Positions 19,975 through 29,321 of a DNA stretch of 64,000 nt are shown here, piece by piece. The notes under the pieces are model-generated. The model had not been told where the DNA came from and made no database searches. It was given only the letters and a program-made list of their open reading frames with translations. Source of the stretch: Bryobacterales bacterium. GTDB lineage: Bacteria; Acidobacteriota; Terriglobia; Bryobacterales; UBA6623. A program made the translations under genes and the position numbers. Position 1 is the first letter of the stretch; each line of letters starts with the position of its first letter. The stretch is from NCBI GenBank assembly GCA_965206775.1, contig CBDBKU010000002.1:2182898-2246897 (forward strand). Direction: 5' to 3'.

Positions 19975-21346
19975 CCGGCTGCCGGGCCCTACCGCGGCGC
20001 CGGGCCGCACCGCCACGGCGGGTTCTGGAGCGGCGTCGTGCCGGGCGAGGCGGTCACCGTGGAGTACCGGCCGGCCGACGCCGTGCCCGCCATCGAGGCG
20101 CTGCCGTTCCGGCTCGCCGCGCTCGCCCGCATCACGGCGCCGCTGCTGGAGCCGCCGGCCAAGCCGTCCGGGCCGCGGCCCCGCGCGCTGGCGAGTTGCC
20201 ACCTCGACGTGTCCTGCTTCCCGTGGCTGGAAGACCGCGAATCCCCGGCGGTGGCGCTGCTGCTGGTCACCGAGCCGCGGGGCTCCTACACGTGCAGCGG
20301 CTTCCTGCTGGCGCGCAGGGAGCCCAATGACGAGGAGGTGCTGATGCTCACCGCCGGACACTGCGTGAACACCCCGGAGCAGGCCCGCGACCTGGCGCTG
20401 CTGTGGCGCTTCCAGACCGAGACCTGCTACGGCGATCCGGACTGGGAACACTGGCGGAGCCGGTCCGTGTTCAGCTACGGCGCGAAGCTGCTGGAGAGGG
20501 GGAGACGACGCCGCTCATGACTTCGCGCTGCTCGAACTGGACGGGCGGGCCCTGAACCGGGTGATCTCCAGCTGGTGGAACCTTGGCTGGTCCAAGGAGA
20601 TGCCCCGCGACGGGGACGAAGTGCACGTCGTGAGCCATCTGGACGCCGAGTACAAGCGGGCGGCCTTCGGCACGGTCGTCCCGTATGAATGGGTCGGCCT
20701 GGATGCCGGCAGCTTCATGACCGCCCAGTGGCGGCTGGGGACGACCGAGCCCGGATCGTCCGGCGCGCCGGTCTTCGTGACCGAGAACGGGCAGCAGTAC
20801 GCCGTCGGCGTCGTGACGAGCGCCACGGTGGAGGAAGACCTGGACCACGAGGCGGTCTGGGGGCCGTACTGCGATCCGGTCCTGCGGACTTCCTTCATGG
20901 GCCTGGAGGTGGTCTACGAGCGGATCAAGCGGCACGTCGAGACAGGGTCGCCGCCGCCGCCCGACCCCGACCGGCCGAGCGCGAGGGTCACCCTCGGCCT
21001 GAGCGGGGAGATTGTGACGCTCGTGCAGGACACTGACGGGACGTGGCGGCTGGCGAACGGCGACGCCGTCGTCAGCGGCGTCACCACGGTCAGCGCCAGC
21101 AACGGGAACTCCTACCGGCTCGTGCAGGAGGCCGGCACGTGGGCCGCGCGCTTCGTGCCCCACCCGGGTGAGCGTGCAGCTCGGGACCAGCACCTACAGG
21201 GTCGTGCTCACGCGAGCCGAGGACGGGTCGTGGTGGCGAAGCTCGATCGAGGTGACCGAGGGCGCGACGGTGACGACGCCGGCCAGCAAGCGCTACCGGC
21301 TGAACTTCGTCAATGGCGTGTGGGTCGCCACGGAGATCACCGGATA
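19975..21346 (+). pseudogene. trypsin-like serine protease with two C-terminal copies of the 60-aa 'lipoprotein' repeat; 5'-truncated with two frameshifts
   Basis: LMLTAGHCV (His), DDAAHDFALLELD (Asp, reached only after removing one G of the G5 run 20488..20492), TEPGSSGAPVF (Ser). Then RVTLGLSGEIVTLVQDTDGTWRLANGDAVVSGVTTVSASNGNSYRLVQEAGTWAARF and, after a shift in the C4 run 21158..21161, VSVQLGTSTYRVVLTRAEDGSWW...KRYRLNFVNGVWVATEITG*. Confidence 0.65.
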
Positions 21347-21362
21347 GGAGAGTTCCGCGCAG

Positions 21363-22031
21363 CATAGGCCCACCCGGCGAACTGGCCGCCCTGCTCAAGC
21401 GCCTGCATCTGGCCAACGTCCGTCGCGCCTCTCCCGCTCTCATCGGGTGCGCTACGCGCGCAAGGCCCGCTTCCCCGTGCTGAAGACCATCGAGGAGCTC
21501 GACTCCTAGGTCCATCCCGCGCTGCGTCTCACCCTGCTGGGCACCTGCTTTTCGCCCGAATTCGTCCAGCAGGGCTGCACTATGATCCTGGCTGGGCGCA
21601 GCGGGCAGGGCAAGACCCATCTGGCTACGGCCATCGCCTGCAAGGCCATTCAGCACGGCTACGACGCCCTCTTCGCCACCGCCGCCGCTCTCATCGATGA
21701 CCTGGCTCTCGCTTCTCGCCAGGGTCGCTTCCGTGACTGCCTCAAGACGTACGTCCAACCCCACGTGCTGTCCATTGACGAGTTCGGCTACCTGAGCTAT
21801 TGCGACTCGGCCGCCAACCTGCTCTTCCATGTCGTCATCGAGCGCCACGTCAAGCGCCGCTCGATCGTGTTCACGACCAACCAGGCGCTCGCCGACTGGG
21901 GTGTCGCGTTGCGCGACCGCGACCTCGCCGCCGCGATCATCGACCGCGTGCTGGAACGCAGCCGCTACGTCCCGCTTGAGGGACCCTCAATGCGCACCCG
22001 CCACCTGGAGGGACTCGACTATGAGGGCTGA
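21363..22031 (+). pseudogene. istB: IS21-family IstB helper ATPase remnant (N-terminal deletion, in-frame TAG); no istA upstream
   Basis: LAALLKRLHLANVRR...ARFPVLKTIEELDS*...ILAGRSGQGKTHLATAIA (Walker A)...LSIDEFGYL (Walker B)...SIVFTTN. Confidence 0.75.
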
Positions 22032-22364
22032 GCGAGCACCTGCCCCCCGGCTGCTAGCATGGAGCGCCGGACTTGGAAACAAACGAAGACCATGGGAAAA
22101 CAGGAGCCCTACTCTGTTCCAACGATCTCCGACCCGCCAGAATTCCCGAAAAACACCCGCCAGAATAAGCGGAACCCCCACAAACCAGTTGACGCGTGAT
22201 TCCGCAGGCCGCGCGGTGAGGCCAACCGCTTGTCGCACCTCCCCGCTAACCAAGAGCGGACATTTCAGCTGGGGGTTGACAGTGAATTGCGAGGAGGTGA
22301 CCGCAAGGCACCTATAGAGTGATCCGGATAGGTTCGATATTTGGCGGCCTTCATCGATCGAGGC

Positions 22365-22620
22365 ATCTCTACGCGTGTCAGTAATTGGTGCATTCGATGC
22401 ACGAACGCATCTGGCGGAACTTCTGCGGCGAGTTCAAGAAGGCGAACGAATTCGTCATCACCCAGCACAATCGGCACGTGGCCGAACTCATTCCGTTCAG
22501 GCAGCGGGACACGGTCAGAACCCGCGCTGCGATTGATCGGTTGGTGGGGTTCCGGAAAACACACACCCTGCGCGGCCTGTCCCTCCGCCAATTGAGCGAG
22601 GACGGACGTGTGGATTCTGA
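22365..22620 (+). pseudogene. Phd/YefM-type antitoxin, frameshifted
   Basis: VSVIGAFDARTHLAELLRRVQEGE, then (shift ~22440) EFVITQHNRHVAELIPF...GLSLRQLSEDGR. A TGATG stop/start junction with the downstream PIN gene at 22618..22622 is reachable only in another frame. Confidence 0.45.
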
Positions 22621-23029
22621 TGGCCTTCGTGCCGGACTGCGTCGTGACCCTAGCGTGGGCCTTCTCCGACGAGACCGGCGAAGAGACAGATCGCGTGAGA
22701 GAGTCACTGGTTGACGACGGTGCGTACCCGCCGGGGCTCGGGCCGGTCGAGACGGGGAACGTGCTGGTCATGGCGACCCGAAGGGGACGCATCGCCAGGA
22801 ATGACTGGCGACGGATTCGGGAAGACCTCCGAGGCTTGCCCTTAGACATAGATCCCGTCTCCATGGACCGAGTGTTGGGTGCGGTGCTCGACTCGCCGGT
22901 ACGCGCCGAATCTCGGCCTGCGGAGCGATGTACCTCGAGTTCGCGCTGCGGCTGCCGCTCGCAGCACTGGTCCGGGCGCTAGCAACCGCAGCACAGGCTT
23001 CCGGTTCCGAAACGCCATGGATCGCGTAG
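22620..23029 (+). pseudogene. vapC: VapC (PIN-domain) toxin, frameshifted near 22925
   Basis: MAFVPDCVVTLAWAFSDETGEE...LGPVETGNVLVMATRRGRI...LPLDIDPV. The C-terminal ..GAMYLEFALRLPLAALVRALATAAQASG.. is only in another frame. Confidence 0.55.
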
Positions 23030-24090
23030 TCTATCGCTGTCCTGCGTGAAATGAGCAAGGGACCGGACGGGCACGCAGCTGCCGACCCGCAGATCGGCAA
23101 CGAGCTGGCCTCGGAAGGCGCACTGTTTCCGCTGGTTGAGAACTTGCGCCGCCTGTGTGTCGGGACAATAGTCGAGAACTGGATGGACTGACGCCACCGC
23201 ATCTGCGTCATCCCGGCGGGGCTCCCTTGCCGGCGCTCGCGACGCCGTCCCGTGCTCGTCGATTTCGCCTGAGCGCCAACGTACCACTACGTCTAGCTTC
23301 GGCGTATTCTGGAGTTCCCGCAGTAGGCCGCTGATCATCGCTAGCGACAAGGACGCCTCCGACTAGCATCGAGTGTCAAGCTGGCGTAGAGCTGCCGAAG
23401 CCCGATTTGAAGCAACCAGCGCGATTCGCCCAATGGCGGGGGCCGAGGCGGAGAACCAGAGCCGGCTAGTTCGGGTGATCGCAGCCCCTTGCGAGATCAC
23501 CGCCGAAAGCTTCCGATCGTCCAAGCGGTCTGCGAGACCTAGTGGAGTTCAGGTTGAGCGACGAGGATCGCGAGGTGCTGCCGGAAGTGCTAGGGGGCAG
23601 CGGGAGGGTATTCGAAGAGGGTCCGGGCGGCACCGCAGATCCGGTGGCTAGGGAACCGGGTACGAGAGAAGGGTGGTTCAAGCCGCCCGAATCAGAAGCA
23701 CCAACCGCTGGCACCACCGGCTGATGTCAAGACATCGGATGGAAGCCAGACTGCCGGACGGCATCAGGCCGTTCCAGGTGTCGCGGGAAGGCGAGAAGAC
23801 CACTCCGAAGCAGGAGAATCCCGGTAGCAAGGCCGGACTCGCAGCAAGCAAAACCGCGGTGGCAGTGGGAATGCTTCCCGGTGCAAAGGATGCTGGACCA
23901 CGCATCTTGGCGAACAGGCTCGGAGCTTCGAGGAGGATCCGCACAGTATTTATATAGTGCCCGTGACAAAATGCGGATCGGATTGAAAACAAAGCGCTTG
24001 TAGTCGTTTTCAGACATCGAAGATCCGGCCTGCCGCCGCCGATTCACGCGGTTCGCCCCGATTGGTTAGAATCTTCGGGTAGGAACACCC

Positions 24091-24640
24091 GTGAGAACCG
24101 TTTGGAGCACCCAAGGAATCCTCGGCCAAGTCGCCATCGAAGACATCGAGTTCGACCCGAGATCGCGCGACGATATTCCGGCAGTTCTCAAGGGAATCCA
24201 GTTCATCCATTCCAGCGACGAACTGCGCGCCAAGGTCTTCGACCTGCTCGAGAGCCATCTGCTGGCCGGAGCGGATGCCGAGGACGTTCCGGACGATGCC
24301 GAGGACGATACGCCGGACGGAAGGATCGATGCCGGGGTCGGACGGCCGGGCATGCAGCTGTGGAACATTCTCGTACTGGGTCTGTTGAAGCAGGGCCTGA
24401 ATTGCGATTACGACCGCCTGCATGAACTGGCTTGCAAGCACGCGGACGTGCGCCGCATGCTGGGATGCAGCGACATCTGCGGAGAGCCGGGCTTCTCCCA
24501 TCGCACGCTGGTGCGGAATGTGGCGCTGCTGACGCCGGAGCTGCTGGGGGCAGTGAACCGGCTGGTAGTGGAGGCGGGGCATGAGCTGGCAGGGCACGAT
24601 GGGGCGGGACAGCTGCAAGCGAGATGCGACTCGGTGGTGG
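24091..24640 (+). pseudogene. IS5/ISNCY-like DDE transposase, 5' part
   Basis: IEDIEFDPRSRDDIPAVLKGIQFIH...GRPGMQLWNILVLGLLKQGLNCDYDRLHELA...QARCDSVVV, then runs into inserted DNA. Confidence 0.7.
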
Positions 24641-24649
24641 TAGTGAAGG

Positions 24650-24665
24650 CATCAGACTGCTCCTT
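24650..24665 (-). promoter_or_regulatory. orphan SD (AAGGAG) + ATG at the element's left end; becomes the 5' end of the DUF5372-like ORF only when the element ends are joined
   Basis: Minus strand: AAGGAGcagtctgATGCCTTCACTA | element boundary. Joined to 27894 this reads in frame into CCACCAAGAGCAGAT... Confidence 0.6.
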
Positions 24666-25249
24666 CTATTGAATCACGTTTCTCCAATACCCGTCCATCC
24701 CATGCAACTCATTGATGTAGAGGATGTTACGAGCGTTTGAACGGTAATGCGGCCGATGTCGCCGGATGGGCCGACATCGTGCGAAACACCATCCAGGTCC
24801 GTTTCCGGGACACTTCGGCTTTCTCCCGCCTGAGCCCCCTGTCATCGCTCCACTCTCGTCGCGGAACGGGCCAGGCTGGAAGCGTTGCAGGAAGCGGTCC
24901 GGACTGCGGAGCGAGACATCGCGTCGCTGGAAGCGCTGTCGGCCAGGTCGGAGCAACGCGTCAGCCCGGACCGGTCCGGAGCGCCAGGCCTGCGGACAGG
25001 CAACGCCATTCGATGGGTCATCGCAACCCGTCTCCTGGCATGGCGTTACCCGGCCTCGCCCGGGCGCCGGCGCGCCTGTCCGGCCCGGTAGCGGGCGATG
25101 TCCGGTTCCGGGATCACAGAGTGGCGCACCATCCGAACGACCGCATTCCAAGGCCTTGCGCTTGCGCGTCGAACTTCGCCGCCTCGTCTCTCCTCGTGTT
25201 GACGCCGCGTGACTCCAGCCGCCGACTCCCCGATCTGTTCCGAGCCGGT

Positions 25250-27439
25250 TCACGTTCCCGCCCCCCAGTCCAGCAAGCGCTGCCGATCCCAATCCCGCTT
25301 CACGTACAGGCCCTTGTGCGTGCCGCGCACGATGCGCTTGGCATCCAAGGCCCCCTCGCGAATGCGTTGCCACAGGGCCTGTCGCGACAGGCCCAGCTCG
25401 CGCCGCGCTTGCTTCGCCCGCACATACCCCTCCGGCGGCGACTCGCAGAACCGCGCCCGCACTGCCGGGCTCAGACGCACCTGCAGGGCGGCGCCCTCCA
25501 CCGCTGCCTCCGCAGGCACGAAGCCCTGCTGGATCCAGCGATAGAGCGTGCTCGCCGTCGTGCCCAGCTCCCGCGCCGCCTCGCTGACGCTCTGCGGCGG
25601 CGCCTCTGCCTGCCGCTTCCCGCCCCGCAAGAGCTTGATGCCGTGACGCTGCCGCAGGCTTGCCACGATCCCCCGGCTGAATTCCATCCCGCGCGCCGAC
25701 CGCAGCCCCTGCCGGTTCAGCGTCTCCGCGATCCGCTCGTCCGCGTGCAGCAGCGCCAGCCCCCGCACGATCTCCACCGTGGCGGGGTCGTCTTGTATCG
25801 GCGGCGGCGTCACGCGCGCAGGCAAGGGCAGGTCGGTCTCGTCGATCCAGCCGCCGCGCCAGCGCAGCAGCACATGCAAATGGCCCGCTGCCCGCTCCAC
25901 CTTCAGCACGACCTCTTCCACCAGCGCCGCCAGCAGCCGCTTGCGATCCCGCGCACTGACTCGAGGCGATTCCCACAGACTGCGCACCCGCGCCCCCAAC
26001 TGCGCGAACACCTCCCCGGACACTTCCGGGTCACGCCGCGGCTCGCGCTCCGCGGCCTGTTCCAACTCCCGCTGCGCCCGCTCGACCTCGCGCAACGCCG
26101 CTTCCCAGTCCCGCGCTAGCGTCCGCGTGACCAAGCGGTTCTCCGGATCCTCCGCCTTGTACCTCCTCTCGGCCAGCTGCGCTGCGTACGCGCAGCGCTC
26201 CAATTCCAGCTCGTAGCTGCGCAATCGCCTCGCTTCCCGCTCCTCCGCCTGCCGCTCCGCTCGCAGCGCCGCCTCGACGCCGCCCATGCCCGCCGCTTCC
26301 AGAAACCGCTCCGAGACCCACCGTTCCAGCTGCGCTCCGCCGACCGACTGGCACCCGCGCTTCCCCGTCCCGGACTGACTTGCCAGACACACGTATCTCA
26401 CCCCGCTGCCGTACAGCACCTGCATCCGCCGACCGCACACCCCGCACGCCACCAGCCGTTGCAGCAGCGCCCTCCCCTCGCGCGGCGCTCCGCTCCCCAC
26501 GCGCAACGAATTCTCCGCCATGCGCTCCTGGATCTCCAGCCATTCATGCCACTCGACATAGCCCTCGTGATGCTTCTCCAGCACCACCGTCCACTCCTGC
26601 CTCGGCAACCTCAGCACCTTCTTGCTCACCTCCCCCCGCCCGTCCACCCGCAACTCCGTCCGCTGCCGCTGGTACACGTACGCCCCTCCCATCAGCGGGT
26701 TCGTCAGCACTTGGTACACCCGCGCGTAGGTCGCCTCGCTCCACTCCATCTCCCTGTTTCCGCGCTTCCCCGGCAGCTTCGTCCCCGCCTCCCGCAGCTT
26801 GCGCACCGTCTGCCGCGCCGAACCCGTCTCATGGAATTTCGCGAACACCTCCGCGATCGCCTGCCGCACCTGCTCGTCGGGGTCCTTGCGCAACTCCGTG
26901 CCGACCACCACGTACCCGCTCGCCACGCTCCGATACAACTCGCCACGCTCCGCCTTGCTCCGCAGGCCCTCGTCCATGCGCGCCTTGATCCGGAACCGCT
27001 CCTCCTCCGACAACGTCCCCTCGATCCCCAGCACCACCCGGTGGTCGCCCTCCCTCAAGTCGTACACCTTGCCCGCCTTGACGAACAGCGTGTCGGTCAG
27101 CCGCAGCCAGCGCAACAAGCCGAACCATTCCGCCGTGTCGCGCGCCAAGCGCGACGAATCCAGGCCCAGCACCACCCCCACCCGTCCCCGCGCCACCAGC
27201 CGCGTCAGCTTCGCGAAGCCCGTCCGCTCCGTATCCCCCGCCGCCGAAACCCCCAGGTCGTCGTCGATCACCTCGACCCGCTCCGCCGGCCAGCCCAGAT
27301 TCCGCGCCACTTCCCGCAATCCATACTGCAGCCGCGTCGATTCCCGGTTCGTCAGCACCTGCTGCGGCGTCGATTGGCGCACATAGACCACCGCCAGCCG
27401 CTCAAGATGCCGTTCGCGGATCGTCGTCTCCCGCTTCAT
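25250..27439 (-). CDS. large serine recombinase with two extra C-terminal HTH (MerR/excisionase-like) segments
   Basis: LAVVYVRQSTPQQV (catalytic Ser region), GLDSSRLARD, recombinase and zinc-ribbon (CGVCGRRM...YVC) regions, coiled coil. C-terminus has ARELGTTASTLYRWIQQG and ARRELGLSRQALWQRIREG. Confidence 0.85.
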   Translation of the reverse strand: MKRETTIRERHLERLAVVYVRQSTPQQVLTNRESTRLQYGLREVARNLGWPAERVEVIDDDLGVSAAGDTERTGFAKLTRLVARGRVGVVLGLDSSRLARDTAEWFGLLRWLRLTDTLFVKAGKVYDLREGDHRVVLGIEGTLSEEERFRIKARMDEGLRSKAERGELYRSVASGYVVVGTELRKDPDEQVRQAIAEVFAKFHETGSARQTVRKLREAGTKLPGKRGNREMEWSEATYARVYQVLTNPLMGGAYVYQRQRTELRVDGRGEVSKKVLRLPRQEWTVVLEKHHEGYVEWHEWLEIQERMAENSLRVGSGAPREGRALLQRLVACGVCGRRMQVLYGSGVRYVCLASQSGTGKRGCQSVGGAQLERWVSERFLEAAGMGGVEAALRAERQAEEREARRLRSYELELERCAYAAQLAERRYKAEDPENRLVTRTLARDWEAALREVERAQRELEQAAEREPRRDPEVSGEVFAQLGARVRSLWESPRVSARDRKRLLAALVEEVVLKVERAAGHLHVLLRWRGGWIDETDLPLPARVTPPPIQDDPATVEIVRGLALLHADERIAETLNRQGLRSARGMEFSRGIVASLRQRHGIKLLRGGKRQAEAPPQSVSEAARELGTTASTLYRWIQQGFVPAEAAVEGAALQVRLSPAVRARFCESPPEGYVRAKQARRELGLSRQALWQRIREGALDAKRIVRGTHKGLYVKRDWDRQRLLDWGAGT

Positions 27440-27605
27440 TCCGGGCCTCCTTCTCCGCGATCCGCAGCATCAGCCGCGCCAGCTCTTCCAGCAGTTCCTC
27501 GTGCGCCGCCTCCGGAAAGCTGTTCCACAGCGCCAGACGCTCCTCGTGTTCCAGCAGCCCCGGCAGAGACGCCTGCCAGTTCGCCGCTCCCTCCTTCTCC
27601 GCCAT
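27402..27605 (-). CDS. small helical protein of the recombinase operon (unknown function)
   Basis: MAEKEGAANWQASLPGLLEHEERLALWNSFPEAAHEELLEELARLMLRI... This frame has much higher third-position GC than the overlapping continuation of the upstream ORF. Overlaps the annotated recombinase ATG by 38 nt. Confidence 0.5.
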   Translation of the reverse strand: MAEKEGAANWQASLPGLLEHEERLALWNSFPEAAHEELLEELARLMLRIAEKEARNEAGDDDPRTAS

Positions 27606-27609
27606 GCGC

Positions 27610-27846
27610 GTCCTCCAGCACCTGCACCAGTTTCTGCAAGGCATGATAGTCCGCCATGCGGCCCTGCGTGCGCGGCGCATCGTCCGCAGGAGCCTCCCAG
27701 CTGGTCCACGCCGCAGGGATGCTCTTGCGCTTGCCATCGGGCAGTTCGACCCACAACGCCAGACTACCGTCCGAGCGCCGTTTCCGAGCCAGCACCGCCA
27801 GCTCCTGACCGTCGAGGGGGTGTCCGAGGCGCTTGATCAGAACCCG
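27610..27846 (-). CDS. Y4bD/Y4pK (DUF5372)-like small protein; no start codon inside the integrated element
   Basis: RVLIKRLGHPLDGQELAVLARKRRSDGSLALWVELPDGKRKSIPAAWTSWEAPADD resembles the 'THPFHPL.G...iP..WT' small proteins found next to serine recombinases (from memory). High GC3. 3' end unclear. Confidence 0.5.
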
Positions 27847-27894
27847 CTCAGGCCCGCAATCGCGGAATGGATTAGTTTGATCTGCTCTTGGTGG

Positions 27895-28838
27895 AAACGG
27901 ATGTACATTACCCGACGGACGTGAGCCTGCTGTGGGATGCGTTGCGCTGCCTGATCCGGGTGGTGGCAGCGGTATGCCAGCGCAGCAACGTGGGGGGATG
28001 GCGTCAGGCAAGGCATTTGAGTCTGCGGGCGAGGGGGCTGTTCAACCGGGTGCGGTCCTCGCGGCAGCGAAGCAGGAAAGGGACGGGAGCGCAGCGAGTG
28101 AGGAGGTACCTGCAATTCGCAGGGGAGATCGCAGGGAGAGCGGAGGGGACGCTGGAAGAGTTGGGAGGGAAGGGTGCGACGGAGGCAGAGATCCAAGAGA
28201 TACAGTGGTTCCTGGACTTGGTGAATCGATTGGCGGACCAGGTTAAGCGGCGAGTACTGGAAGGAGAGAGGATCGCGCAAGAAGAGAAGATCTACTCGAT
28301 CTACGAGCCGCATACGCGATGGTGCTCGAAGGGGAAGGCCGGGAAAGCGGTGGAGCTGGGAGTGCCGGTGAGCGTGGTGGAGAGCGAGCATCAATTCGTG
28401 ATGCATTACAAGGTGATGTGGAGCGAGCAGGACGTGGATGTGGCACCGTCCATGATCGAGGAAACGCAGGAGTTGCATCCGGGCCTGACGGGATGCAGCT
28501 TTGACAAGGGGTACTCCAGTCCGGGGAACCGGACGCGGTTAGACGGGATGCTGGACTTGAACGCAATGCCGAAGAAAGGGAAGCTGGCGAAGGCGGACAA
28601 GGAGCGGGAGACAGCGCCGGAGTTCGTGGAGGCAAGGCGGGCGCACGCGGCGGTGGAGTCGGCGATCAACAACCTGGAGCAGCGGGGGTTCGACCGGATA
28701 CTGGCGCACGGGGCGGATGGGTTCGAGCGCATGGTGGGACTATCGGTACTGGCAGCGAACATACACCGGATCGGGACGATACTGCAACGGAGAGAGCGGG
28801 AGAAGCTGAAGGGCCTGCGCCTGCCGCTGGCGGCATAG
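27895..28838 (+). pseudogene. IS5/ISNCY-like DDE transposase, 3' part
   Basis: ETDVHYPTDVSLLWDALRCL...IYSIYEPHTRWCSKGKAGKAVELG...CSFDKGYSS...RRAHAAVESAINNLEQRGFDR. Confidence 0.75.
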
Positions 28839-29052
28839 CATTCAAGGGACACAGCGGAGCATCCTGGGAATGACCTCAGGAAGGGAGAAGTGTGCGACAT
28901 CGTGAAAGCGGAGGTTGGCACGCAAGTGATCCCGGCGCAATTCGGCCATATTGAGGATTGAGATGACAGGATTGCCGGTCCGTTACCAGCCCAGAAACTG
29001 GCCCCTCTGCTGCCGATTCGCCAGAAAAGGGGGTTTTGTCACGGGCACTATA

Positions 29053-29321
29053 TAGTGCCTGCGTCAAAACCCCCGAAAATCCTAGCGAAGCGTGATCGCA
29101 TACTACATCATGGTATTGATGAGGTATAGCGACCCAATATTTAGTATCCCGACCCGACGAGTTGCCAAGCATAAGGTGGCGAAGATTGGCGCGATCACTC
29201 AGGTAATCGCAGGATTTCAGCCCAATCCGGATGAAACCATCGGATCTTCATCCGGGGATTTTGGACCTAACACCCTTGATTTCAATAAGATACGAGTTTT
29301 GTCGCGGCCACTATATAGGCT
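29053..29321. mobile_element. 269-bp MITE derived from the adjacent IS5/ISNCY-like element
   Basis: Ends AGTGCCTGCGTCAAAAC / GTTTTGTCGCGGCCACT resemble the IS inverted repeats. No ORF. Flanked by ATAT on both sides. Separated from the IS right end only by ATAT. Confidence 0.65.

Larger units (their letters stand above)
24641..27894 (-). mobile_element. 3,254-bp cargo-less large-serine-recombinase element
   Basis: Interrupts the codons ..DSVV|ETDVHYPTD of the host transposase. TGGTGG is present at both junctions (24635..24640 and 27889..27894). Contains only a small-ORF/recombinase operon plus ~600 bp with no convincing ORF. Confidence 0.75.
23956..29048 (+). mobile_element. IS5/ISNCY-like insertion sequence (1.84 kb) carrying a 3.25-kb insertion
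   Basis: IRs AGTGCCCGTGACAAAA (23956..) / TTTTGTCACGGGCACT (..29048), both flanked by ATAT. The transposase gene is split between 24640 and 27895. Confidence 0.75.

Noticed and set aside
17936-19975. Terminal inverted repeats or a target duplication for the unclassified DDE IS
   Set aside because: Only a short shared core (GAA(A)TTCCCA) could be seen near both ends, at inconsistent distances in the two copies. The boundaries therefore remain approximate and are not annotated as a mobile_element feature.
22979-23350. 123-aa minus-strand ORF (MSLAMISGLLRELQNTPKLDVVVRWRSGEIDEHGT...), considered as a possible HNH-nuclease fragment
   Set aside because: There are only vague resemblances (..EIDEHG.., scattered Cys) and no complete motif. 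It overlaps the frameshifted vapC 3' end.
24666-27646. Long ORFs 24666..25976(-), 24737..26119(+) and 26459..27646(+)
   Set aside because: They are off-frame or antisense shadows of the serine recombinase gene (Arg/Pro/Ala-rich, low complexity). The recombinase frame has clear catalytic and zinc-ribbon motifs.
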